From the NCBI GenBank assembly GCA_963750165.1, contig CAVVPN010000003.1, positions 160,001 to 224,000 on the forward strand: 64,000 nt of DNA, given 5' to 3'. This DNA is from an uncultured Gemmataceae bacterium. GTDB taxonomy: Bacteria > Planctomycetota > Planctomycetia > Gemmatales > Gemmataceae. Under the pieces are notes generated by a model. The model was given only the letters and a program-made list of their open reading frames with translations. It ran no database searches and was not told where the DNA came from. Positions 28,471 to 39,795 of the stretch are shown here, in pieces. Every line of letters starts with the position of its first letter. The stretch's first letter is position 1. Position numbers and translations under genes: made by a program.

Positions 28471-30020
28471 GTGCGCGTCGCCGACATCCTCGGCCTGGCC
28501 CTCTCGGCCCTGCGGCAGCAGAAGGTGCGGACGCTGCTCACCACCCTGGGCGTGGTCTTCGGCAGCTTCGTGCTCGCCGCCAGCCTGTCGATCAACCAGG
28601 GCGTGCAGGACACCATTGAGCGCGAGTCGCGCCGCAGCGACTTCCTGCGCCGGATCGAACTGCGGCCGGGGTTCATGGCGTTCGGCCAGGCGAACGCGGA
28701 CGCGCCCGAAATCGAGGTGCGTGGCCGGATGTCCGACGCCCGCCGCCGGCGGTTGCGTGAGGCCCTGCAGGAGCGGCAGCATCGCTTCGGCTTCCGGCGG
28801 CCGCGCAGGCCCTGACGGCCGCGAAACTGCGGGCGCTGGCGGGCATGGAGCACGTCGAATCCGTGACGCCAATCCTCCACCTGTACGGTTTCGCGCAGCT
28901 CGGCGACCGGGCCGAGCCGGCGGAACTGACCGGGGTGCCGGCCAGCGACGACTACCACCGCCGCCGGCTCGTGGCCGGCCTCTTCTTCGACGGCCCCCGC
29001 GAGCGCTCGGCCGTGGCCAGCGAACTGCTGCTCTACCGCCTCGGCCTCACCGACGACGCGGACCTGGCGAAGGCGGTCGGTCAGAAATTGCGCTTCGAGG
29101 TGCGCGGCGAGTCGGCGCGGTCGGGCTTCGTCGTCTTCCTGGTGCGACCGAACGGCGGCGAGCAGAGCCGCGCGGAAACCGCCGCCCTCGACAAGGTCCG
29201 CGCCCGGCTGCCCGACCTGCTGGATCAGATGGACCTGACCGACGCGGAAAAGCAGCTGCTGCGGCAGGCAAACCGGCAGCCGGAGCAGCAACCGGCGCCG
29301 GTGTTCGGCGCGGAGTTCACCATCGTCGGCGTGGTGCGGCTGCCGACCGCCGAGGAGGTGAAGGGGCCGTGGAATCCGTTGCGCACGGACGCCGACGTGC
29401 TGCTGCCGCTGGAGACGGCCACGGATTTTTACTTCCGCGTGCCCAGCCAGGAGGAGCGCGGCATCGATTACGCGATCGTGACCGTGGACCGCGAGGAGCA
29501 CGTCAAGGAAGTGTCGGAGCGGATCAAGAGTGAGTTGGGGATCGAGAACCGGACGCTGCTGGAGTTCATCGAGCGGCAGCGGCTGCTGTATTTGCTGATC
29601 TTCGGGGCGATGACGGTGGTGGCGGCGGTGGCGCTGCTGGTGGCGGCGCTGGGCATCGCCAACACGATGCTGATGAGCGTGCTGGAGCGGACGCGCGAGA
29701 TCGGCGTCATGAAGGCGGTGGGCGCCGGCAGCGGCCAGCTGGTGAGCCTGTTCCTGGTGGAGGGCGGGCTGATCGGCCTGGTGGGCGGCGGCCTGGGGCT
29801 GCTGCTCGGCTGGGCGGCGTCGTTCCCGGGCGACGCCTGGGTGCGGTCGATGGTGTCGCGCGACCTGAAGTACGATTTGCAGGAATCGCTGTTCACGTTC
29901 CCGCCGTCGCTGGTGCTGACGGTGCTGGGCTTCGCGCTGCTGGTGACGACGCTGGCGGCGGTCTACCCGGCCCGGCGGGCGGCGCAGGTGGACCCCGTGG
30001 CGGCGCTGCGGCACGAATAG
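28471..30020 (+). CDS. ABC transporter permease (MacB/FtsX family), frameshift at ~28800
   Basis: N-part RTLLTTLGVVFG in 28471..28815; C-part GIANTMLMSVLERTREIGVMKAVGA...PARRAAQVDPVAALRHE in another frame. Confidence 0.9.
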
Positions 30021-30105
30021 TGCCCCAAAAAAAGTGAACATCTGGGTCGTCCGGGGCAGATAAGAGGAAGGGGTGATTCCCTGCGCCTCTTGCCGGAGAG
30101 ATCCG

Positions 30106-30870
30106 ATGGTGTCGGTCGTGTGCGCGCTGATGGCGACGGTCTGCCTGCAACCCCCGACCCAGGCCCCGGCGCTGGCCGCTTCGTTCCTTTACGAGCCTGC
30201 CTTCTGCATCGACGACGTGTGGATCGGCACGCCGACGCCCTACGTGCCGCAGCCCGGCGACATCATGCTGCGCCTGGACGGCAACAAGTTCTGGCGCGTC
30301 ACCCATTACATGGCGCTGGCGTTCGACCCGAACGGCTCCGCCATCGTCTACCAGCGGCCCGACGGCAGCATGGCCATCCTCGAAGCCGGCCCGAACGACT
30401 GCATGTCGATCAAGACAATGGAACTGCTGCCGCACCTGAAAGGCTACGCCAACATCGGCCGCGTCTGGATCCGCCGCCGGGCCGTGCCGCTGACCGCGGA
30501 ACAATCTGCCAAATTAACCGAGTTCGCGCTGCAACAGGAGAACAAGTGGTTCGCCCTGCAGCGGCTCGGCCTGCAGCTGACGCCGTTCCGTGCCCGCGGG
30601 CCGCTGCGCACCTACGTCCTGGGCAAGCCCAACTGCAACCGCATCAGCTATTACTGCTCCGAGCTGGTCTGCGAGGCGTGCTGCTACGCCGGCCTGCTCG
30701 ACCCGGAGCGCACCCGGCCGTCCGCAACCTACCCGTGCGACCTGTTCTACGGCCGCTCGTACAACCTGTTCATCAACCGCCACCTCGACGTCAACCACTG
30801 CTGGTATCCGCCGGCGCGCTGGATCGACGAGCCGGTCGTGCCGTGCCCCGCCCCGGTCATTCCACACTGA
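30106..30870 (+). CDS. Permuted papain-like (YiiX/NlpC-P60) hypothetical protein
   Basis: PQPGDIML, ILEA, VWIRR, YYCSELV pattern; hydrophobic N-terminus. Confidence 0.6.
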   Translation: MVSVVCALMATVCLQPPTQAPALAASFLYEPAFCIDDVWIGTPTPYVPQPGDIMLRLDGNKFWRVTHYMALAFDPNGSAIVYQRPDGSMAILEAGPNDCMSIKTMELLPHLKGYANIGRVWIRRRAVPLTAEQSAKLTEFALQQENKWFALQRLGLQLTPFRARGPLRTYVLGKPNCNRISYYCSELVCEACCYAGLLDPERTRPSATYPCDLFYGRSYNLFINRHLDVNHCWYPPARWIDEPVVPCPAPVIPH

Positions 30871-31546
30871 GCGATTTGCCGTTGTCCTTCGGCCCCAGCC
30901 GCAGCAGGAACGGCGCCGCCCGTTTTGCCCACGCCGCGGGCGCCGGGTAGCTGGCGGCGCCGCCGCCGAAGCTGCTGCGCAGCATGTCGGTGTCGATGAT
31001 GCCGGGGTTGAGCGGCACCGCGGCCATGCTCTGCGGCAGTTCCTGCGCCAGCGCCTTCGTCAGCCCCTCGATGGCGTACTTGCTGGCGCAGTACGGCGCC
31101 ACCTCCGGCGACGTGGACCGACCCCAGCCGGAGCTGAAATTCACGATGACGCCGCTCTTGCGTTCGACCAGCGCCGGTACGAACTGCCGCAGCACGTTGA
31201 CGGTGCCCTTGATGTTGATGTCGATGAGCCGGTCGAATTCCGCGGCGGGCACCTGCCAGAGCGGTGCATTGCGATTGATGACGGCGGCGTTGTTCAGCAG
31301 CAAATCCGGCACGCCGCGCTCCGCCAGCAGTCGCCGCGCCCAGGCGCCGACCTCCGCATCATTGGCCACGTCCACGGCGGCGAAGTCGTGCTCGGGGTAC
31401 TGCCGCCGAAGCTCGGCGACGGCCTCTTGCGACCGGCCGCAGCCACAAACGCGATGGCCCAGCTGGATGAACTTGTCGGTCAGCGCTCGGCCCAGGCCGC
31501 GCATGGCGCCGGTGATGACGATGAGGCGCGTCGATGGACGTGACAT
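30857..31546 (-). CDS. Short-chain dehydrogenase/reductase
   Basis: ITGAMRGLG, LLNNAA, NFSSGWG, YCASK. Confidence 0.95.
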   Translation of the reverse strand: MSRPSTRLIVITGAMRGLGRALTDKFIQLGHRVCGCGRSQEAVAELRRQYPEHDFAAVDVANDAEVGAWARRLLAERGVPDLLLNNAAVINRNAPLWQVPAAEFDRLIDINIKGTVNVLRQFVPALVERKSGVIVNFSSGWGRSTSPEVAPYCASKYAIEGLTKALAQELPQSMAAVPLNPGIIDTDMLRSSFGGGAASYPAPAAWAKRAAPFLLRLGPKDNGKSLSVE

Positions 31547-31584
31547 GGTGTAACCTCTTTCTGCCGCTTGCGGCTTCACGCGCT

Positions 31585-32180
31585 TCAGCCCACCAATCCC
31601 CTTCCAGCAAAAACTGCGACCAGCTCTCGAACTCCTGCCGCCGCCCCCGCAACTCCGCCAGCGGCGCGAAGCCCGCCTCCGTCAGCACCTCCTCGCGCCG
31701 CCGCACGCGCGGCTCGGCCAGTTCAAAGACATGGACGATCCCCAGATGCACCTGGCCGACGGGCGTGGCGTCGTCGTTAATCAGCCCGATGCAGCGCTCC
31801 TGAAAATCGCTCTGCACGTCCACTTCCTCCGCCAGTTCGCGCAGCAGCGCCTGGCGGTAGGACGCCGCCGATGGCTGGCCGTCCGCGCTGCTGATGTGGC
31901 CGCCGACGCCAATCGAGCGCAGCGCCCGCAGCCGCGCCTCACCGCCGCCGCGGCCGCGCAGGTAGTTGAACACCTGATCGCGCCACTTCAGCACCGCGTA
32001 GGGGATGAGCTGTTTGAACGCCGGGTTCTGCTCCATCAGGCTGCGCGGCCGATAACTCAACTGGTCGGCGGCGAGCACTCGCGGCAGGTAGTGGGCCACG
32101 TCCGGACTGAAGCCCTGGAACAGGCCCGCCGCGTGCAGCACCTGAGTCGGCACCACCAGCACCTGCTCTTCCTGGCTCAT
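31585..32180 (-). CDS. NUDIX-like phosphoesterase
   Basis: EQNPAFKQLIPY, SIGVGGHI, RELAEEV, GLINDD..PVGQVHLG, FESWSQ. The ORF track reads on to 31359; one more G at ~31600 gives a stop at 31585. Confidence 0.8.
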
Positions 32181-33280
32181 GGCACGTCCTTCCGGCCGCG
32201 GAACTTCTGCGAGGCGGCCCGCAGCATGGCCTCGGCCGTGATCGGGTCGCCCACGCCCACAATCCCGGCCACGGCGCTGGCCCGGTCCACACGCTGCTTA
32301 TCCGTCAGCTGTGGCAATTTGGGCTCGGGCTCTTCCTGCTTCCGCGGCGACGGGTTGAGCAGGTTCATGCCGACCGCCAGCACCCCGATGACCACCAGCA
32401 GCGTCACCGCCAGCCGCCAGGTGTCGTTCCAGCTGCGCCGCGCAAACAGCAGGTCCAGCTCCTGCTGGTCGCCCGCCTCGGCCGCGGTCTGCAACTGCAA
32501 TTCGTAGCGGCCCTGCGGATAGTCCGCCGCCTGCTCCTCGCTGGTGTAGCCCGAGAACTGGCCGCGGTCGTTGCGCTCCAACTTCGGCACCACCAGGGCG
32601 TCGAACTTCAGGGCGTTGCCGAACGCGAACGTCGCCGGCCACAGTTCGCCGCGCGTCGTGTTCGGCAGTAGCGTCCACAGCCCGCTGAGCAGGGCGTGGT
32701 CCGGCTCGGGCCGCTCGAACACCAGTTTGCCGCCGTCCACCAGCACCTGCACGCCGCCGAGCAGGGCCGGGCTCTCGGCGTTGGCGACGGCGTGCGCCGC
32801 CATCGCCGCCTCGTCCTCCGGGTCGATGCCCTCGGGCAGCGCCGCCGCCTTGACGCGCTGCAGCACGCGTTGCACCTGTGCCACCGTGCGCCGCGGCTGG
32901 GCGTCGGACGCCACCGCCAGGGCGGCCAGCTCGCCGGTCAGATGCCAGGCCGGCGGGAACTGCTCGGCGAGGAAGAATGGGTCGCCGAGGCAGCGGACGT
33001 ACTCGGCGCGCTGCAGCGTCAGGACGTGAAAGCCGAGCGCCGGGGTGCCGTCGCCGGGCTGGTCGCCGACCTGAACCACGGCGACATGCTCCTTGCCGAG
33101 CGGCTGCGCGAACACTGCCCGCGGACAGCGGACGCCGGCGGGCCGGTCGCCGAAATCGGTCGCCAACCGCTGCGCCTCGGGCAGCCAGGCGTCGAGGAAA
33201 CCGGGCGAGCGGGCGAGCACTTCCGGCTGGCCGGCGCCGGCGCGGCGGAGGACCGCTTGTTGAATAGGGATGTCGGGCAT
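32177..33280 (-). CDS. Hypothetical protein with C-terminal TM helix
   Basis: 367-aa ORF with high-GC codon usage and a 4-bp overlap with the downstream gene. Confidence 0.75.
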   Translation of the reverse strand: MPDIPIQQAVLRRAGAGQPEVLARSPGFLDAWLPEAQRLATDFGDRPAGVRCPRAVFAQPLGKEHVAVVQVGDQPGDGTPALGFHVLTLQRAEYVRCLGDPFFLAEQFPPAWHLTGELAALAVASDAQPRRTVAQVQRVLQRVKAAALPEGIDPEDEAAMAAHAVANAESPALLGGVQVLVDGGKLVFERPEPDHALLSGLWTLLPNTTRGELWPATFAFGNALKFDALVVPKLERNDRGQFSGYTSEEQAADYPQGRYELQLQTAAEAGDQQELDLLFARRSWNDTWRLAVTLLVVIGVLAVGMNLLNPSPRKQEEPEPKLPQLTDKQRVDRASAVAGIVGVGDPITAEAMLRAASQKFRGRKDVP

Positions 33281-33404
33281 GCGCTGCGTCCTGGGAGGGT
33301 GATCGGGCGTGGTCTCGTCTGTCCGCCTATTTTATTGCCTTTGACCAGGACGGACCGCATATTGACTGCATCGCATGAGACGCCCGAAACGCAGAGGAGC
33401 AGAA

Positions 33405-33707
33405 ATGCACGCGCAGACCACACCCTCCCTGTTGTGGCACGGTCTCCTGACCGTGCCACAACAGGGAGGGTCGCAGTGCGCCAAGCCGCAAGCGGCAGAA
33501 CGATGGGTATTGCGTCCTCTCGCCTGGCTGCTGCTGGCGGGCTGGCTGCTGTTCGCGCACGGCTGCCACGGCGACGAGGACAACGAACTGTTCGCGCGGC
33601 TCAGTGCGGCACCCGCATCGGCCGCGGCGCCGGACACAGCATCAGCCCCTCGCGCATCCGTTCGATGGTTGCCGGGTCCATCGGCTGCCGCATCACCAGT
33701 TCGTTGA
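33405..33707 (+). CDS. Small membrane protein with HGCHGDEDNEL motif; 3' end uncertain
   Basis: GAGGAG RBS, TM helix LAWLLLAGWLLFA followed by HGCHGDEDNELF; overlaps the convergent gene after 33601. Confidence 0.55.
   Translation: MHAQTTPSLLWHGLLTVPQQGGSQCAKPQAAERWVLRPLAWLLLAGWLLFAHGCHGDEDNELFARLSAAPASAAAPDTASAPRASVRWLPGPSAAASPVR
33422..33471. repeat. Perfect 23-bp palindrome (GTGGCACGGTCTCCTGACCGTGCCAC core) inside the small ORF
   Basis: accctccctgttgtggcacggtc-tcct-gaccgtgccacaacagggagggt. Confidence 0.85.
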
Positions 33708-34839
33708 TCCGAACCGCGGCGGTTTCATTGATCTTGCTCACGACTTCCCGATACGACTGCATGCGCGGGTCGGTGTCGCTGTCGAATCCCCCCAGGGTGA
33801 CAATGCTGCTGTACTGCGTGTGCAACACGAAAGCGTCCAGCGGGGGGGTCCGGCGCCGCAGGGCCTCCGCCAGCAGGTGTGCGTTCTGCGACGCGGCGTC
33901 CACGCGCAGCGACACTGCACCGATGCCGATGTTTTGCAGGAAGCCGCTGGTCTGCGCCCGCGACTGAATGACGCCCGGCATTGCGAAGGACTTGACCGCC
34001 AGGGTGAACGGCCGCGGGTTCTTGAACAGGCTGTACGGCTCGTCCTCGTTGAGCCGCCGCAGCAACGGCACGTCGAGCCGCTCCTGGTCGGATACGTGAT
34101 CCGCCGCCAGGGTGGGGTTGCGCACAAACATGGCGTTGGTGAACGGATCGACGTAGCCCTTGCACTCCCAGTCGCCCTTCTTCTTGTCCTGGACCACGAA
34201 CGCCTGAAAATACTTCGCCGGGCTCAACTGCTTGATCGCCGGCAGCGTCCGCAGCCGATCGCAAGCGCAAGGCGCCTCGTTGCGGCTGGCGTAGCCGCCG
34301 ATGAGTACGCCGTGCTCCACCTTGTAGCGTGTCATGCTGACGCGCACCGGCGGCTTGTGGATTTCCCCAGGCAGATTGTGTTCCTGCTTCAGTTTCTCGT
34401 ATTTGGCGTGCTCCGCCTCGATCACCCCGCGCACCCGCTCCAGTTCCTTGCGGCGTTCGTCCAGGCCGTAGTTGAAGGTGTAGGCGTTGGGCACGCCGCA
34501 CTTGTTGCGCAGGTCCAGAATCAGATCGCGGGCCAACTGGGCCATGTTGCGGTTTTCATCCTCCATGTAGCTGATGAGCAGGATCATCCACGGCCCCTGC
34601 TGGGGCGTCACCACGAGGTCGCGGTTGGGCTCCTCGGTCGGCACCTGCATCCAGGGGGCGATGTAACTCGGCCCCGGTTGCCGCTGCGTAATTTGCCCCC
34701 AGAGTTGTTGCTGCACCGAGCGCTGCGGCGTCCCGCTGCCGGGGGCCGTCGGCAGTTGGGCGCGCCCGTCGTCGGCGCTCAGGGCCAGGACCAGGCCGAC
34801 GCTCAGCAGACCGGCGGCCGTTACCAGCAGTTTGTTCAT
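33601..34839 (-). CDS. Secreted hypothetical protein, possibly two SPOR-like domains
   Basis: Signal peptide, GGAGG RBS; two similar units (WMILLISY...VLIGGY; FTLAVKSF...VTLGGF). Confidence 0.7.
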   Translation of the reverse strand: MNKLLVTAAGLLSVGLVLALSADDGRAQLPTAPGSGTPQRSVQQQLWGQITQRQPGPSYIAPWMQVPTEEPNRDLVVTPQQGPWMILLISYMEDENRNMAQLARDLILDLRNKCGVPNAYTFNYGLDERRKELERVRGVIEAEHAKYEKLKQEHNLPGEIHKPPVRVSMTRYKVEHGVLIGGYASRNEAPCACDRLRTLPAIKQLSPAKYFQAFVVQDKKKGDWECKGYVDPFTNAMFVRNPTLAADHVSDQERLDVPLLRRLNEDEPYSLFKNPRPFTLAVKSFAMPGVIQSRAQTSGFLQNIGIGAVSLRVDAASQNAHLLAEALRRRTPPLDAFVLHTQYSSIVTLGGFDSDTDPRMQSYREVVSKINETAAVRINELVMRQPMDPATIERMREGLMLCPAPRPMRVPH

Positions 34840-34937
34840 GGCTTCCGTGCCTCCCGCGCTGCGGCGCCGCCCGCGCTGGGGCCGCCGCCTGGTTCCGTCG
34901 TTGATGGAGAAAGGGCCTCATAACAGAAGCGTGCGCG

Positions 34938-35680
<743 letters not shown>

Positions 35681-35926
35681 TGGCGGGGCCTCCGGGGGCG
35701 GCGTCGGGTTGGTCGTCCTGGCCAGTGTACGCGCAGCGTTCGCCGGAACGAGGGGTAAGATAATTCGCCTCGACAGGAACACATCAACAAACTATCATCC
35801 GACCTCTTTACCTGAGTGCGGGTCAGGTGTTGGTGTCATTTCACGGGTTTTCTCGGGTCGTTCGCTCTCCCAGATCCACCCAGAGTGCCCCGTTCGCCAG
35901 GCTGTCAAAACTTCGGGGAGGTCGTA

Positions 35927-37078
35927 ATGGACTCACACAAGGGCCCGCTCGCCGTGGTCGCGCACGCGCTGCACCGGCACTTCCTGTGGCTGCTGTTGAT
36001 CGCCTACGCCGTCGCGGCGCTGCTGCCGGAACCCGGCCTGTGGTTGCGCGGACTGAATTGCGGCGAGGTGGGGTTGTTCGGCGAAACAGTGCAGCTGTCG
36101 CTGCCGGTAGCGCTGCTGGCGTTTCTGCTGTTCAGCACCGGGCTGACGGTGCAGTCGGGTCGCATGACGAGCCTGGTGCGCCGGCCGGCCATCCTGGCCG
36201 TCGGCCTGGCCGCCAACCTGGTGGTGCCCCTCGGCTTCCTGTTCGCGCTGGGGGTGCTGCTGCGCCTGTGGCCCAGCCCGGACGAGGCCCAGCAACTGCT
36301 CATCGGCCTGGGACTGGTCGCGGCCATGCCCATCGCCGGCTCTTCCGCGGCCTGGTCGCAGAAAACCGAGGGCGACACGGCGCTGAGTCTGGGCCTGGTC
36401 GTGTGCTCGACGCTGTTCAGCCCGCTGACGACGCCGCTGGCCCTGCATACGGTCGGCTGGCTGCTCGACGGCACCTACGCCGACCTGCTGCACCACCTGG
36501 CGTACAACGGCGCCGGCATGTTCCTGCTGCTGTGCGTGGCGCTGCCGTCGATGCTGGGCCTGGTGGGGCACAAGCTGGTGGGCGAGCCGCGCGTGCGGCC
36601 GTGGAAGCCGCCGCTCCAACTGGCCAACAGCCTGGTGCTGCTGACGCTGGTTTACTCCAACGCCGCGGTGTCGCTGCCGCGGGTGTTCACGCACGCCGGC
36701 TGGAGCTTCCTGGTGGGCATGCTGGTGGTGGTGATGACGCTGTGCATGGTGTGCTTCACAGCGGGCTGGTGGCTGGCGGCGGCGCTGCGGGCGGATCGGC
36801 CCCGGCAGGCGGCACTGATGTTCGGCCTGGGCATGAACAACAACGGCACCGGCCTGGTGCTGGCCGCCTCGGCCCTGGGAGGGCACCCGGAGGTGATGCT
36901 GCCTGTCATCTTCTACAACCTGGCCCAGCACCTGGTGGCGGCCGTCGCCGTCCAGGTGACCGGCAAGCCGGACGCACAGACCGTCCGCATGGTGCCGGTG
37001 CTGGCGACCACCGAGGTCCACCCGGCCCACGCCACGCTGGCCGCGCCGCACCGCCGGCAAACGCGGCCGGCGGCGTGA
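35927..37078 (+). CDS. Bile acid:sodium symporter family transporter
   Basis: About 10 TM helices, AAMPIAGSSAAW, GLGMNNNGTG. Confidence 0.88.
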   Translation: MDSHKGPLAVVAHALHRHFLWLLLIAYAVAALLPEPGLWLRGLNCGEVGLFGETVQLSLPVALLAFLLFSTGLTVQSGRMTSLVRRPAILAVGLAANLVVPLGFLFALGVLLRLWPSPDEAQQLLIGLGLVAAMPIAGSSAAWSQKTEGDTALSLGLVVCSTLFSPLTTPLALHTVGWLLDGTYADLLHHLAYNGAGMFLLLCVALPSMLGLVGHKLVGEPRVRPWKPPLQLANSLVLLTLVYSNAAVSLPRVFTHAGWSFLVGMLVVVMTLCMVCFTAGWWLAAALRADRPRQAALMFGLGMNNNGTGLVLAASALGGHPEVMLPVIFYNLAQHLVAAVAVQVTGKPDAQTVRMVPVLATTEVHPAHATLAAPHRRQTRPAA

Positions 37079-37161
37079 GACCGCGGCGAAATCCGCTGGC
37101 CACGGCCCGGCGGGGCGGGTAAACTTGCGGCACCTCTTCGACCACCACCACCGAGGGCGCC

Positions 37162-39102
37162 ATGTTTACCGCACCGCATCCGCTCGAGCCGCTCTCTGCT
37201 GCGGAAGTCCGCCTCGCCGTTGCTATCCTCCGCGACGTTGGCCGGGTCACTCCGACCACACGCTTCGTCTCGGTCAGCCTCCGGGAACCGCCGAAGGCCG
37301 TCGTTCACGGCGGCACGGCGGCAGGCGAGCGCCGGGCGTTCGCCGTCCTCTTCGACAACGCCGCCAACGCCTGTTACGAGGCCACGCTGTCGCTCACCGA
37401 GCGCCGGCTGCTCGACTGGAAGCATGTTCCCGGCGTGCAGCCGACGATGACCATCGACGAACAGGTCGAGTGCGAGCAGGCGGTCCTCGCCAGCCCGGAG
37501 TTCAAGGCGGCGCTGAAGCGGCAGTACGGCGTCGAGGACACGGCGCTCGTCATGGTCGATATCTGGAGCGCTGGCAATTACGGTGAGGCCGAAGAGAGCG
37601 CCCGCCGACTGGCGCGGCCGCTGTGCTTCCTGCGCAGCGACCCGACCGACAACGGCTATGCCCGGCCCATCGAGGGCATCCGCCCGGTGGTGGACCTGAA
37701 CGCCATGCAGGTGCTCCGCGTCGAGGAGTACGGCCACTGGCCGCTGCCGCCGCTGCCGGGCAACTACGCCGCCGACCGCGTGCCGAACCAGCGCACCGAC
37801 ATCAAACCCCTGGAAATCACGCAGCCGGAGGGGCCGAGCTTCCAGGTCGAGGGCTATCAGGTCCAGTGGCAGAACTGGCGTTTCGTGATCGGCTTCAACG
37901 CCCGCGAGGGGCTGACGCTGCACCACCTCCGCTACCAGGACGGCAGCCGCGAACGGTCGGTCCTGCACCGGGCGGCGCTGACGGAAATGGTGGTGCCCTA
38001 CGGCGACCCGGCGCCGACGCAGTTTCGCAAGAACGCCTTCGACGTGGGCGAGTACGGCATGGGGATGTGCGCCAACAGCCTGGAGCTGGGCTGCGACTGC
38101 CTCGGCCTGATCCGCTACTTCGACGCCCATCTGGTCGATAGTCGCGGCAACCCGCTGACGATCAAGAACGCCGTCTGCATGCATGAGGAGGACTTTGGCA
38201 TCCTCTGGAAGCACACCGACCGGCGGTTGCCCGACCGGCCCGAGGTGCGGCGCTCGCGGCGGCTCGTGATCTCCAGCGTGTCCACCGTCGAGAATTACGA
38301 ATACGGTTTTTTCTGGTACCTCTACCAGGACGGCAACATTCAGCTGGAGGTGAAGCTGACCGGTGTGCTGTCGCTTGGGGCGGTACAGCCCGGCGAGCGG
38401 CCGCGGCACGGGGCGCTGATCGCGCCGCAGCTGTACGCCCCGGTGCATCAGCACTTCTTCAACGTCCGGCTCGACTTCGCCCTGGACGGGACCGCCAACA
38501 CGGTGCAGCGCGTGGACGTGCTGCCGGACGAACCCGGCCCGGCCAACCCGCACGGCAACGCCTTCGCGGCGCGGGCCACGTCGCTGCAGACCGAGAAGCA
38601 GGCCCGCGATCACGTCAAGTTGGAGACCGCCCGCACCTGGCGCGTGGTCAACCCAAACGTGCTGAACGCGGTCGGCGAACCGGTGGCGTACAGGTTCATG
38701 CCGATGGACAACTCGCTGCCGATGGCGAGCGCCGACGCCTGGTGGCGGCGGCGGGCCGGCTTCGTGAACTATCACGTGTGGGTGACGCCGTTCGCCGAGG
38801 CCGAGCGCTTCGCCGCCGGCGACTACCCGAACCAGAGCCGCGGCGGCGACGGGCTGGTGAAGTGGACCGAGCAGGACCGGCCGATTGAGAACACGGAAGT
38901 GGTGTTCTGGTACACCTTCGGCCACACGCACGTGCCGCGGCCGGAAGACTACCCGGTGATGCCGGCCGCGTACACCGGGTTTCTGCTGAAGCCGAATGGG
39001 TTCTTCGCCATGAACCCGGCGAACGACCTGCCGCCGGCGCCGCGCAAGGCCGCGCAGGGGCTGCCGGTCGTGGCGGAGGGCAAGGGCGGTTGTTGCCATT
39101 GA
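37162..39102 (+). CDS. tynA: Copper amine oxidase (primary amine oxidase)
   Basis: HPLEPLS, NAFDVGEYG, TPQ motif NYEY, Cu ligands HQH and HTHVPRPEDYPVMP. Confidence 0.95.
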   Translation: MFTAPHPLEPLSAAEVRLAVAILRDVGRVTPTTRFVSVSLREPPKAVVHGGTAAGERRAFAVLFDNAANACYEATLSLTERRLLDWKHVPGVQPTMTIDEQVECEQAVLASPEFKAALKRQYGVEDTALVMVDIWSAGNYGEAEESARRLARPLCFLRSDPTDNGYARPIEGIRPVVDLNAMQVLRVEEYGHWPLPPLPGNYAADRVPNQRTDIKPLEITQPEGPSFQVEGYQVQWQNWRFVIGFNAREGLTLHHLRYQDGSRERSVLHRAALTEMVVPYGDPAPTQFRKNAFDVGEYGMGMCANSLELGCDCLGLIRYFDAHLVDSRGNPLTIKNAVCMHEEDFGILWKHTDRRLPDRPEVRRSRRLVISSVSTVENYEYGFFWYLYQDGNIQLEVKLTGVLSLGAVQPGERPRHGALIAPQLYAPVHQHFFNVRLDFALDGTANTVQRVDVLPDEPGPANPHGNAFAARATSLQTEKQARDHVKLETARTWRVVNPNVLNAVGEPVAYRFMPMDNSLPMASADAWWRRRAGFVNYHVWVTPFAEAERFAAGDYPNQSRGGDGLVKWTEQDRPIENTEVVFWYTFGHTHVPRPEDYPVMPAAYTGFLLKPNGFFAMNPANDLPPAPRKAAQGLPVVAEGKGGCCH

Positions 39103-39213
39103 GCGGGCGGCGGGCCGGCCGTCTTCACACCCAGTAATCAAGTGACCGGCGCGGGGATTCAGGGGACTGGCGCCGGTCTACACAATCCCTTGTTTGGCGG
39201 CAAGGAGGCTTTC

Positions 39214-39672
39214 ATGAAGACAAGGAGCGTCTGTATCCAGCTGCTTTTCGGCGGCTTCGTCGTCCTTTGGATGGCCGGCTGTGTGTCCCAGGCGGATCGG
39301 GACGCGGCCGCGTCGGACGCTCTGATGAAGGAGCAACAACTCCGAGACAGCAGCCCCAAGACAACCGTGTGGATTCACAATCGCACTGGGGAACCGATCT
39401 GCGAAGTCGGTATGAGCTGCAAATCGGTCGAGCGCGCGGACAAATCCAGATCGTATAGTACGTCCTGGACTCGGGAGACCACTGTCGAAAGGGAGCCCAG
39501 GGAAATTTGGAGCGAGAAGTACCCGGAGCCGCTCGTGCTCGAAACGCTAAGGGTGCGATTCGATAAGGGCGCAAGCTCCGAATACCAACTGAACCACCCC
39601 TGCCTACCGGGGGACAATGTGGTGCTGGTAATTGAGGGCGGCGGACGGGTGACGGTCAAGGCGAAAGAATAG
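39214..39672 (+). CDS. Hypothetical lipoprotein (integron cassette gene)
   Basis: AAGGAGG RBS, lipobox MAGC, lower GC; GTTTGGC core site at 39192 and attC immediately after the stop. Confidence 0.75.
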   Translation: MKTRSVCIQLLFGGFVVLWMAGCVSQADRDAAASDALMKEQQLRDSSPKTTVWIHNRTGEPICEVGMSCKSVERADKSRSYSTSWTRETTVEREPREIWSEKYPEPLVLETLRVRFDKGASSEYQLNHPCLPGDNVVLVIEGGGRVTVKAKE

Positions 39673-39674
39673 CC

Positions 39675-39774
39675 GCCGAACTAGCAGCTTCAGCGCACCG
39701 GCCACGCGAATGACGCCTCCTTGGAGGATACGTCAGTTTCCGCGTGAGCCGGCTGCCGAGCTAGGTCGTTCGGC
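39675..39774 (+). mobile_element. Integron attC site (100 bp)
   Basis: GCCGAAC-tagca-GCTTCAGC...GCCGAGC-taggtc-GTTCGGC with complementary R boxes, L boxes and an imperfect central stem. Confidence 0.8.
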
Positions 39775-39795
39775 GACGGCGATCTGGTATGCGCG

